64,000 bases of DNA from Oscillospiraceae bacterium (GTDB lineage Bacteria; Bacillota; Clostridia; UBA1212; UBA1255), in the NCBI GenBank assembly GCA_015069165.1, contig SVJD01000004.1:4091-68090 (forward strand), in the 5' to 3' direction. Of the stretch, positions 8,433-16,569 are shown one piece after another. The notes beneath the pieces are model-generated. The model saw only the letters and a program-made list of their open reading frames with translations, was not told the origin of the DNA and made no database searches. Made by a program: the position numbers and the translations under genes. How positions within the stretch are numbered: the stretch's first letter is position 1; each line of letters begins with the position of its first letter.

Positions 8433-9017
8433 ATGAAAATTTTCATGTTCTTGTTTAACAGCATATTACTTGGTGTAGGCCTTGCGATGGATGCTTTCTC
8501 TGTTTCTTTGGCTAATGGTCTTAATGAGCCTTGTATGAAACGCCGTAAAATGTGCGGCGTGGCAGGCGTATTTTCTTTTTTTCAATTTGCCATGCCGATG
8601 CTGGGTTGGATTTGTGTTCATACCATTTCCAAAACATTCAACGCTTTTGAAAAATATATTCCGTGGATAGCTTTTTCTCTTTTGCTTTTTATAGGAGGAA
8701 AAATGCTTGTTGAAGGCTTTCGCACAAAAGCTTCGGCTTGTACGGAAAGTGCAGTAGGCTTCGGGGCACTTTTGGTGCAGGGAGTTGCAACTTCCATTGA
8801 TGCACTTTCGGTAGGTTTTACAATTTCGGAACATACCGCATCAGAAGCATTTAGTTGTTGCTTACTGATTGCTTTTGTTACATTTTTTATTTGCATGACG
8901 GGCATTCTTTTAGGTAAAAAATTCGGAACAAAAATGGCAGGAAAGGCATCGGTTTTAGGCGGTGCGATACTGATTGCAATCGGCGTTGAAATACTTATTA
9001 CAGGGGTATTTTTGTAA
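8433..9017 (+). CDS. mntP: manganese efflux pump MntP
   Basis: Duplicated 'GLAMDAFSVS' / 'SIDALSVG' motifs and 6 TM segments. It starts only 6 nt after the trpS stop. Confidence 0.85.
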   Translation: MKIFMFLFNSILLGVGLAMDAFSVSLANGLNEPCMKRRKMCGVAGVFSFFQFAMPMLGWICVHTISKTFNAFEKYIPWIAFSLLLFIGGKMLVEGFRTKASACTESAVGFGALLVQGVATSIDALSVGFTISEHTASEAFSCCLLIAFVTFFICMTGILLGKKFGTKMAGKASVLGGAILIAIGVEILITGVFL

Positions 9018-9039
9018 AATCAAATGGAAAATTTTCTGC

Positions 9040-9069
9040 TTGATATAGGGTTAAGCAGTATGGTAGAAT
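9040..9069 (+). promoter_or_regulatory. putative promoter TTGATA-18 nt-(TGg)TAGAAT for the 9.1-11.1 kb operon
   Basis: TTGATA at 9040-9045 and the extended -10 TGgTAGAAT at 9061-9069. Confidence 0.45.
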
Positions 9070-9124
9070 TAAAAAGTGTGGATAAGTTTTTATAATTGTT
9101 TTGAAAGGATTTTTGGTTTTAATT

Positions 9125-9559
9125 ATGAAAAAGACAAAATTATTTTTATTTACATTATGTTTAATAAGTGTTTTGATTTTGCTTGTTTCCTGTAATGAGG
9201 AAAACTACAATGAAGGGTTCAGCGTTAAAACGCCGTCAAGGGCAACTGCAACTACTGAGGCTTCGGCAACAAGTGCCGGTATTTCGGATTCGACGGAAAG
9301 CGGAGCTACTTTGGCACCTACTGCAACACCCACAATGAATGAAAATGAGTTTGGCGAAGAAGTTCTTTTGCCTACTCCGCCTGCAGATGAAGATACGGAT
9401 ACAGATGCAACTGCAAATGTAACTGGGGATAGTTCTGATGTGACGACAACAGGGACTCCTTCTGCGGAGACTGCAACGCCGACACAGCAACCGGTAACAC
9501 AAGTTACCCCGGCAGAAAAAACAGGAATAAATCTTCCGCCTATTTGGTTTAAAAAATAA
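9125..9559 (+). CDS. Ser/Thr/Ala/Pro-rich low-complexity lipoprotein
   Basis: 'MKKTKLFLFTLCLISVLILLVSC' is a signal peptide with a lipobox (LVSC). The remainder is a compositionally biased, acidic T/A/S/P region that ends in 'INLPPIWFKK'. Weak RBS; the track's TTG 9101 is an alternative start. Confidence 0.6.
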   Translation: MKKTKLFLFTLCLISVLILLVSCNEENYNEGFSVKTPSRATATTEASATSAGISDSTESGATLAPTATPTMNENEFGEEVLLPTPPADEDTDTDATANVTGDSSDVTTTGTPSAETATPTQQPVTQVTPAEKTGINLPPIWFKK

Positions 9560-9571
9560 TATTTTGTGAAA

Positions 9572-10291
9572 ATGAGCAGATATAATAAGATGTATTTGTT
9601 TGCGGAGATTCCTGTTCTCGCAAGATATAATTATGATTATTTGGAAAAACAATGTGTTGACTATGTTACGGATAAAGAGCCTCAAATGGTAATAGAGGTA
9701 ACAGAGGAAGATGTTGCAAAAGAAAGAGCGGCTGCCGACGACGGGATAAAATATCCCGCCGGTTATTTGGAGTCCTTAGCTTTTTACCGTAAGTTTTGTG
9801 AGGCAGTTGCATTGCAAAATGTTCTTTTGTTCCACAGTGCGGCAGTAGAAGTTGATGGCAAAGCGTATTTGTTTACTGCGCCTTCAGGTACGGGGAAAAC
9901 TACGCATATAGCTCTTTGGAAGAAGATTCACGGAGAAAAAATGACGATAGTAAACGGAGATAAACCGCTTTTGAAGGTTAATTCCGATGAAATAATTGTT
10001 TACGGCACTCCGTGGGATGGTAAAGAAAGGCAAAGCACTAATGCTTCGGCAAAAGTGGCGGGAATTTGCATACTTACAAGAGGAAAAGAGAATAAAATAA
10101 CAAGAATTGCTTCAAGTGAAGCTCTTGCAACATTGATGTCACAGACATTCAGACCTGCAGGTGCGGAAAGCTTAAAAAAAGTGGTTGAGGGAGTGATAAC
10201 TCTTTCAAGCAGAGTGCCGGTGTGGAAACTTGAGTGTAACATTTCCGAAGAAGCTGCAAGAGTGTCATACGAAGCTATGAGTAAGGGGTAA
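9572..10291 (+). CDS. HPr kinase/phosphorylase C-terminal-like P-loop protein (HprK-related kinase family)
   Basis: 'FHSAAVEVDGKAYLFTAPSGTGKTTHIALW...IVNGDK' matches the HprK pattern H-x3-V-x3-G-x3-L-x2-G-x-SG-x-GKS/T...DD. It starts 12 nt after the lipoprotein stop. Confidence 0.55.
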   Translation: MSRYNKMYLFAEIPVLARYNYDYLEKQCVDYVTDKEPQMVIEVTEEDVAKERAAADDGIKYPAGYLESLAFYRKFCEAVALQNVLLFHSAAVEVDGKAYLFTAPSGTGKTTHIALWKKIHGEKMTIVNGDKPLLKVNSDEIIVYGTPWDGKERQSTNASAKVAGICILTRGKENKITRIASSEALATLMSQTFRPAGAESLKKVVEGVITLSSRVPVWKLECNISEEAARVSYEAMSKG

Positions 10292-10294
10292 AAA

Positions 10295-10549
10295 ATGAAA
10301 CTTAAAGATGTAATTATAAGTGAAGCAAACGGACAAAAAATTGCAGTAAGTGTGGGAGGCAGTTTTAACGGAATGTTAAAACTTAATGATACTGCGGCTT
10401 TTATAGCGGATTTGTTACAGCAAGAAACTACCATAGAAGAAGTTGCACAGAAGCTTTGCGAAGCTTATGAAACAGATATGGAAACAGCAATAAAAAGTGT
10501 AGAATCTGTAGCAGAACAATTCCGTAAAGTCGGACTTATTGAAGAATGA
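10295..10549 (+). CDS. PqqD-family protein (RiPP recognition element-like peptide chaperone)
   Basis: 84 aa. The profile '...AVSVGGSFNGMLKLNDTAAFIADLLQQETTIEEVAQKLCEAYETDMETAIKSVESVAEQFRKVGLIE' is typical of stand-alone PqqD/RRE proteins (beta strands followed by a winged helix). The RBS AAGGGG lies 6 nt upstream. Confidence 0.6.
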   Translation: MKLKDVIISEANGQKIAVSVGGSFNGMLKLNDTAAFIADLLQQETTIEEVAQKLCEAYETDMETAIKSVESVAEQFRKVGLIEE

Positions 10550-11136
10550 AAGAGTCAATAGCAGTAAAAGAATTTCTTGATAAAGAGGGCTATATAATTC
10601 ACCGAATAAAAGGTGTCAGTATGCTTCCTATGCTTGAAGAGGGAAGCGATTTAGTCAAACTTGAGGCCGTAAAAGAAAAAGATAAACTTAAACAATTTGA
10701 CCTTATACTCTTTGAAAGAGAGGGCGATGGGGCGTTGGTGTTGCATCGCATTATAAAGGTCAAAAAGAAATACTATATTACTTACGGGGATAACTGTGTA
10801 AATTACGAAGTCGTTCCGTTTGATTCTGTTTTGGCTTTGGCTGTGGGCTTCTATAAAAAAGAGAAGTATGTTTCCTGTGATAATCCGCAGTATTTGGAAT
10901 ATGTAGAAAAAAGATGCAGCTGCATCAAAAACAGAGAAATTTATAAAAAACAACGCCTTGAAGATGAACAAAGAGCACAGCATATAAAAGAACGTTCCTT
11001 TATAAGAAAAATTTTTCCGTCAAAAAGGTTTATGAAACAGGCATTTCCTTTATTGACAATATATCCTGTTTTGTTGCCTTATTTTTGGTTTGTCAGATTG
11101 ATAAGAGGGATAAAACGTCAAATTACAAAAAAATAG
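10546..11136 (+). CDS. S24/S26-family Ser-Lys peptidase with a C-terminal membrane anchor
   Basis: 'IKGVSMLPML' (Ser nucleophile motif, GxSMxP) and 'LHRIIKV' (candidate general-base Lys). C-terminal hydrophobic helix 'AFPLLTIYPVLLPYFWFVRLI'. It overlaps the PqqD gene through ATGA. Confidence 0.6.
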   Translation: MKESIAVKEFLDKEGYIIHRIKGVSMLPMLEEGSDLVKLEAVKEKDKLKQFDLILFEREGDGALVLHRIIKVKKKYYITYGDNCVNYEVVPFDSVLALAVGFYKKEKYVSCDNPQYLEYVEKRCSCIKNREIYKKQRLEDEQRAQHIKERSFIRKIFPSKRFMKQAFPLLTIYPVLLPYFWFVRLIRGIKRQITKK

Positions 11137-11145
11137 CAAATAAAA

Positions 11146-11175
11146 AGCGCCGGCTTGACCGGCGCTGATTTTTTA
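11146..11175. terminator. bidirectional intrinsic terminator
   Basis: AGCGCCGG-cttga-CCGGCGCT followed by a T-run, with an A-run on the other side. It closes both the + operon and the converging M23 gene. Confidence 0.7.
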
Positions 11176-11871
11176 TTTCCAATATTGTGTGGGATCAAGA
11201 GGGATGTCATTTTCTGTCAATTCAAAGTGAATGTGAGCACCTTGTGCTTTCTCACAGAAAATGTCGTCACCAACAACACCGATTACACTTCCGGCTTTTA
11301 CTTCACTGCCGGCAATGATGCCTTCGGCTGTATTTGCCAAACCGCAATATACTGTTGAAAAAGTTCTGCCGTTTGTTTCGTGATTTATTACAATGCTGAG
11401 ACCGTATCTGGGGTCAGATTTTATTGCAGAAACGATACCGTTTGCCGCTGCTTTTACCTGAGTGCCTGCAGCTGCTTCGATGTCGATACCGCTATGTGTG
11501 CGCCACTCTTGTAAAGTTGTATTGTATACGAGCTTTTTCGCCGCAAATTCTGCTTGGATTTCTCCTTCAACAGGCTTCATTATAACAATTTCGCCTGAAT
11601 TGTCGGTATTATTTCCCGATTGCTCGCCCGATTGAGAATCATCTACAGGCTTTGAAGCCTGCGCAGATTGCGTGGGTGTGGGCTCTTTGGGCGGATTTGT
11701 TGGGGAAATCGGGTTTGAAACAGGCGTATTGTAGGAAATTATAGGCTCATCTACTGTGGCGTTTCCGGAATAAATTACGGAAATTCCAACCACTACTACA
11801 ACAGCAAGACAAATAAGAGCTAAAAGAATATAGCCCTTGTTTTTAATAAAATCAACAATCGTATCTTTCAT
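11173..11871 (-). CDS. membrane-anchored M23 (LytM) metallopeptidase; SpoIIQ-like architecture
   Basis: N-terminal TM, a Pro/Thr-rich linker, then 'HSGIDI' (HxxxD) and 'HIHFE' (HxH). The size and layout resemble clostridial SpoIIQ, but I cannot distinguish it from other M23 peptidases. Confidence 0.8.
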   Translation of the reverse strand: MKDTIVDFIKNKGYILLALICLAVVVVVGISVIYSGNATVDEPIISYNTPVSNPISPTNPPKEPTPTQSAQASKPVDDSQSGEQSGNNTDNSGEIVIMKPVEGEIQAEFAAKKLVYNTTLQEWRTHSGIDIEAAAGTQVKAAANGIVSAIKSDPRYGLSIVINHETNGRTFSTVYCGLANTAEGIIAGSEVKAGSVIGVVGDDIFCEKAQGAHIHFELTENDIPLDPTQYWK

Positions 11872-11949
11872 GTATAAAGCTTCCTTTCAAAAGTAAATTG
11901 GATTTGTGGATATTATTGCCTTTAAACTGAAAGAATATACAACTTTTTC

Positions 11950-11978
11950 TTGCAATAATTGCAGTAAAAATGTATGAT
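11950..11978 (+). promoter_or_regulatory. pheST promoter TTGCAA-17 nt-TATGAT
   Basis: Hexamers at 11950-11955 and 11973-11978. They lie only about 38 nt upstream of the pheS ATG. Confidence 0.5.
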
Positions 11979-12015
11979 ATACCTTGTATGCGTGTATAAA
12001 GGAGGACTTATTACT

Positions 12016-13035
12016 ATGAAAAATAAATTGGAAGCAATTCAGAAGGAGTTTGACGAGAGACTTTCACTTGCCGTATCACTTGACAAGTTAGAAGAACTCA
12101 AAGTGGCATATTTGGGTAAAAAAGGCGAACTTACTTCGATATTAAAAGGAATGGGACAACTCAGCCCCGAAGAGCGCCCTGTTGTAGGACAAATGGTTAA
12201 TACCGTAAGAGCTGCAATGGAGCAAAAAATCACAGAGAAAACAGAACAGCTTAAAGCAGAAGAAACAGCTAAAAAGCTTGAAGCTGAAAAAGTGGATGTA
12301 ACGATGCCCGGTAAAACAAAAAAATCCGGTTCACTTCACCCTATAAATCAAATAAGCGATGAAATGAAAGATCTTTTCATCGGTATGGGTTACGAGATTG
12401 CAGACGGTCCCGAGGTAGAGTTTGATTACTATAACTTCGAAGCACTCAACTTACCTGAGGGTCACCCTGCTCGTGATACACAAGATACATTTTATATTAC
12501 AGAACAGATGCTTTTAAGAACACAAACTTCATCTGTTCAGATTCGTGTAATGGAAAACAAAAAGCCTCCTATTAAAATTATTTGCCCCGGTAAAGTATAC
12601 AGAGCAGATAATGTTGATGCTACACACTCCCCTATTTTCCACCAAATTGAAGGTCTTGTTGTTGACAAAGGCGTAACAATGGGCGACCTTAAAGGCACAT
12701 TGGAAGTTTACGCAAAACATATGTTCGGACCCGAGACAAAAATCCGTCTTCGCCCGCATCACTTCCCGTTCACAGAGCCCAGCGCAGAAGTAGACGTATC
12801 TTGCTGGACTTGCGGCGGAAAAGGCTGCAGAATGTGTAAGGGAGAGGGTTGGATTGAGGTTCTCGGTTGCGGAATGGTACACCCTGATGTGTTGCGCCGC
12901 TGCGGAATAGACCCTGAAGTTTACAGCGGTTTTGCTTTCGGAATAGGTGTTGAAAGAACAGCTATGGCACGTTTCGGAGTAACGGATATGCGCCAATTCT
13001 TCGAAGGCGATACACGTTTCTTGTCGCAGTTTTAA
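12016..13035 (+). CDS. pheS: phenylalanine--tRNA ligase alpha subunit
   Basis: Full-length PheS pattern: '[11 protein letters not shown]', '[10 protein letters not shown]', '[11 protein letters not shown]', '[13 protein letters not shown]'. ATG 12016 follows AAAGGAGG. Confidence 0.95.
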   Translation: MKNKLEAIQKEFDERLSLAVSLDKLEELKVAYLGKKGELTSILKGMGQLSPEERPVVGQMVNTVRAAMEQKITEKTEQLKAEETAKKLEAEKVDVTMPGKTKKSGSLHPINQISDEMKDLFIGMGYEIADGPEVEFDYYNFEALNLPEGHPARDTQDTFYITEQMLLRTQTSSVQIRVMENKKPPIKIICPGKVYRADNVDATHSPIFHQIEGLVVDKGVTMGDLKGTLEVYAKHMFGPETKIRLRPHHFPFTEPSAEVDVSCWTCGGKGCRMCKGEGWIEVLGCGMVHPDVLRRCGIDPEVYSGFAFGIGVERTAMARFGVTDMRQFFEGDTRFLSQF

Positions 13036-13069
13036 TTAGGGTTAAGCACTTTAGAAAGGAGCAATAAAA

Positions 13070-15520
13070 ATGATAGCACCGTTAAAATGGCTTTTGAGTT
13101 ATACAGATATAAATATAAATTCCAAAGAGGAACTTCACGATTTCACAGAAGAAATGACACTTACAGGAACAAAAGTTGAAGGTGTCACAGCAAAAGGCGC
13201 AGATATAAGCCGTGTAGTAGTTGCTAAATGTTTGCAAGTGGAAAAGCACGAGAATTCCGACCACCTTTTTGTTTGCCAATTGGACATAGGCGCAGGAGAG
13301 CCTATCCAAATCGTAACAGGCGCACAAAATATGAGAGTGGGAGCGTACGTTCCGGCAGCACTTGACAACTCAACTATTTCAGAAGGCCGCACAATTAAAG
13401 CAGGCAAACTCAGAGGAGTTCCGTCAAACGGAATGATGTGTTCTTTCGAGGAAATAGGCCTTGATTGCAACGATTACGAGAACGGCAACAACGACGGAAT
13501 TATGATTCTTCAAGATTTGGGTGAGTTCAAAGATTGTACAGAAGAATATTTCGAAAGCATAGTAGGTAAAGACATTATCCCCGTTTTGGGAGCAGATGAA
13601 ACAGTTATAGATTTTGAGCTTACATCAAACAGAGCAGATTGTTTCAGCATTTTGGGTCTTGCAAGAGAAGCCGCCATCACAATGCATGGCAAATTTATTA
13701 AACCGCAAATTTCCGTTAAAGAAGAATGTAACGAAAACGCTGCCGATTTGATTTCAGTAGAAGTGCAAGCACCCGACCTTTGCCCCAGATATGCAGCAAG
13801 AGTTGTAAAAGACGTTAAAATCGGACCTTCACCCAAATGGATGAAAGAGCGTTTGCAAGCAGCAGGTGTACGTTCTATAAATAATATTGTAGATATTACA
13901 AACTACGTAATGTTAGAGTACGGTCAGCCTATGCACGCTTTCGACAAGAGAACAATAAGAGGCAATAAAATCATAGTTCGCAGAGCGGCAGACGGAGAAA
14001 AAATCACAACTCTCGATGAACAAGAACGCACACTCGACAGTTCGATGCTCGTTATTGCCGATGCACAAGGAAGTACGGCGATTGCCGGAGTAATGGGTGG
14101 ACTTAATTCCGAAATAGAGCCCGATACTACGGAAATTGTATTTGAATCAGCTATTTTTGATGCGGTAACAGTTCGCAGAGGAGCTAAAAAAGTAGGTCTC
14201 AGAACAGAAGCGTCACTTCGTTTTGAGAAAGGACTTGATACGGTTCTTTGCCTTGAAGCTTTGGACAGAGCGGCTCAGTTGGTTGAAGAACTTGGTGCAG
14301 GTAAAGTTTGCCAAGGTGTTATAGATTGCAGCACCGGCGAGAAAGTAATGCCTAAGATTAAATGCAGTGTTGAAGGAATAAACACATTTATAGGAATTTC
14401 CGCAACACAGGAAGAAATGGAAAAAATTCTCATTGACCTTGAGTGCACACCTTGCTTTGATAAAGGATATGTAATTCCGCCCAGCTTCAGAGGAGACTTG
14501 ATTTGCGATGCTGATATTGCAGAGGAAATCGCGAGATTTTATGGATATAACAAAATCGAATCACGTTTGCTTAACGGATGTGCAACTACTTTGGGTAGCA
14601 GAAATCGCACACAAAAAATACAGGACCGTATGAGAAAACAGATGACAGGTATGGGCTACAACGAAATGCTTACATTCTCATTTATCAGCCCTTCTGTATT
14701 CGATAAGCTTAATTTGCCTGCAGAGTGCACACTTCGCGACGCAGTTACGATTCAAAATCCCCTCGGAGAAGATTACAGCATTATGAGAACAACAATGATG
14801 CCTTCTTTCTTGGAGTCGATTGCAAACAACTACGCACACAGAGTAGAAGAAGCAGCGTTGTTTGAAATATCTTATGTTTATATTAAAACGGATAAATATC
14901 CCGAAGAGCTTCCCGAACATCGCGAAATGCTTACTTTCGGTAAGTATGCAGCTAACGGAAATGCTGATTTCTTCGAATTTAAAGGCGATGTAGAAGCTTT
15001 GTTGGAATCACTTAAAATTACTAAATATGAGTTTGAGCCTGAGAAAGAAATTGCATTTATGCATCCCGGACGTACAGCAAGACTTTTCGTAAATGGTAAA
15101 GATGCCGGAATATTCGGACAGATTCACCCGACCGTTGCTAAAAAATGGGGCTGTCCTGCGAATACTTTTGCGGCAATGTTCAGAACAGATGTGCTTATGG
15201 CAAATGTTACTGACATTCCGAAGAACAAAGAACTTCCGAAATTCCCGGCAGTAACTCGTGACATTGCAGTTGTGCTTGATGCGGACGTTCCTGCAGGCCA
15301 CGTAGAAAAACTCATTAAACAGCGCGGCGGAAAGGCATTGGAATCTTGTACTTTGTTTGACTGCTATATCGGAGCGCAAGTACCCGAGGGCAAAAAGAGC
15401 TTGGCGTACGCATTGTCATTCCGTGATGCAACAAAGACACTTACTGATGAAGATGTAAGTAAATTTATGAAAAAGATTCTCAACGGACTTGAAATGCAAT
15501 TCGGCGCAAGCTTGAGATAA
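13070..15520 (+). CDS. pheT: phenylalanine--tRNA ligase beta subunit
   Basis: 816 aa. N-terminal tRNA-binding domain, B3/4 and B5 domains, and an FDX-ACB C-terminus. It lies immediately downstream of pheS. Confidence 0.95.
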   Translation: MIAPLKWLLSYTDININSKEELHDFTEEMTLTGTKVEGVTAKGADISRVVVAKCLQVEKHENSDHLFVCQLDIGAGEPIQIVTGAQNMRVGAYVPAALDNSTISEGRTIKAGKLRGVPSNGMMCSFEEIGLDCNDYENGNNDGIMILQDLGEFKDCTEEYFESIVGKDIIPVLGADETVIDFELTSNRADCFSILGLAREAAITMHGKFIKPQISVKEECNENAADLISVEVQAPDLCPRYAARVVKDVKIGPSPKWMKERLQAAGVRSINNIVDITNYVMLEYGQPMHAFDKRTIRGNKIIVRRAADGEKITTLDEQERTLDSSMLVIADAQGSTAIAGVMGGLNSEIEPDTTEIVFESAIFDAVTVRRGAKKVGLRTEASLRFEKGLDTVLCLEALDRAAQLVEELGAGKVCQGVIDCSTGEKVMPKIKCSVEGINTFIGISATQEEMEKILIDLECTPCFDKGYVIPPSFRGDLICDADIAEEIARFYGYNKIESRLLNGCATTLGSRNRTQKIQDRMRKQMTGMGYNEMLTFSFISPSVFDKLNLPAECTLRDAVTIQNPLGEDYSIMRTTMMPSFLESIANNYAHRVEEAALFEISYVYIKTDKYPEELPEHREMLTFGKYAANGNADFFEFKGDVEALLESLKITKYEFEPEKEIAFMHPGRTARLFVNGKDAGIFGQIHPTVAKKWGCPANTFAAMFRTDVLMANVTDIPKNKELPKFPAVTRDIAVVLDADVPAGHVEKLIKQRGGKALESCTLFDCYIGAQVPEGKKSLAYALSFRDATKTLTDEDVSKFMKKILNGLEMQFGASLR

Positions 15521-15541
15521 TAAGATTTTAGGAGAAAGCCT

Positions 15542-16486
15542 ATGAGTATTTATGAGTATTTGCAGGGAAAAACGTTGGCGGAAATAGCCGAAGCCGGTTA
15601 CAGACTTCCGGATTTGGATATAGAAAAAGGCGAAATGTGGGTGCCCGGTGCTTATGAGGGTATAATGCTTCGTTCAAATGTGTTTTTTAAAGTGCATACA
15701 GGCATAAATTTCTTCACGGCTTTATCCGTTAGAAAGCAAGCACTTAAACCTTCCGAAAAGAACAAATCAAAAATGCTGAAAAAATTGCTGAAATATCCTG
15801 CAATTTATACGGTTGACCCGATTTGTTCTTTTTGCGTAGCTTTTAAAATGATAAAAAAAGAAGAGCAAAAAGAAGCTTTGAGAGCTTTGGCGATTGATTT
15901 GGCAAAAAATTCCGAGAAGCGCGAGCTTGTAAAAATCGGTATTGCACTTTTGGGTATTTGCGGAAATAAAGAAGATTTGAATATATTGGAAGTGCTTGGT
16001 GCTCACGATGAGTTTACTTTGTATTGCGCAGGCTCTGCAGAAAGGCTTTTAAAGGACAAAGAATTAAACGGCTTTTTGATAAATCTCGGAGAAAAAGCAG
16101 ACGGTTGGGGAAAACTCTCTGTTTTGTATGCGCTTGATTATTCAGACGAAAAAGCTAAATTGTGGGCGGTAAAAAAAGGCTGTAAAAATACCGTTGGTCT
16201 TTCTTATGCGGCAAATGTATGCGCAACAAAAGGTTGTATGGCAGATATTCTTCGTAAAATTGAAAATGGGGAATATGAGCAAACAGAAGCTGCTGAAATA
16301 TTCCGAGGAGTATGCGATATATTCAGCGGACTTTTGTGGCCGGAGGAAAATCAGGACGGCATAAAAGAATACGGCGAAGCGCTAAGAGCAGCAGCTTCGT
16401 TTAAAAATATTTATCAAAATATGCCGGAATTGGCAGCTAATTATGATAACGCGGCAAAAATTGCAGAGAAATTAGCCGACTGTTAA
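15542..16486 (+). CDS. hypothetical alpha-helical (HEAT-like repeat?) protein
   Basis: Clean 314-aa ORF with RBS TAGGAGAAAG. It has no signal peptide and no catalytic motif I recognise. Segments such as 'ALRALAIDLAKNSEKRELVKIGIALLGICGNKEDLNILEVLGAHDE' look HEAT/PBS-lyase-like. Confidence 0.55.
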   Translation: MSIYEYLQGKTLAEIAEAGYRLPDLDIEKGEMWVPGAYEGIMLRSNVFFKVHTGINFFTALSVRKQALKPSEKNKSKMLKKLLKYPAIYTVDPICSFCVAFKMIKKEEQKEALRALAIDLAKNSEKRELVKIGIALLGICGNKEDLNILEVLGAHDEFTLYCAGSAERLLKDKELNGFLINLGEKADGWGKLSVLYALDYSDEKAKLWAVKKGCKNTVGLSYAANVCATKGCMADILRKIENGEYEQTEAAEIFRGVCDIFSGLLWPEENQDGIKEYGEALRAAASFKNIYQNMPELAANYDNAAKIAEKLADC

Positions 16487-16569
16487 CTATTTATTAAAAA
16501 TAATGCCTTAACTTTGTACAGGCACTATACTATACTTGAAACAGAAATGTATTTCGGAGGTCAGTTTTT

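Noticed and set aside
9024-9095. A 23-codon ORF (MENFLLDIGLSSMVELKSVDKFL) upstream of the RRE cassette, considered as a possible RiPP precursor.
   Set aside because: It has no SD, overlaps the predicted promoter of the operon, and has no Cys/Ser/Thr-rich core or recognisable leader motif. It may be worth re-examining only if it is conserved in relatives.
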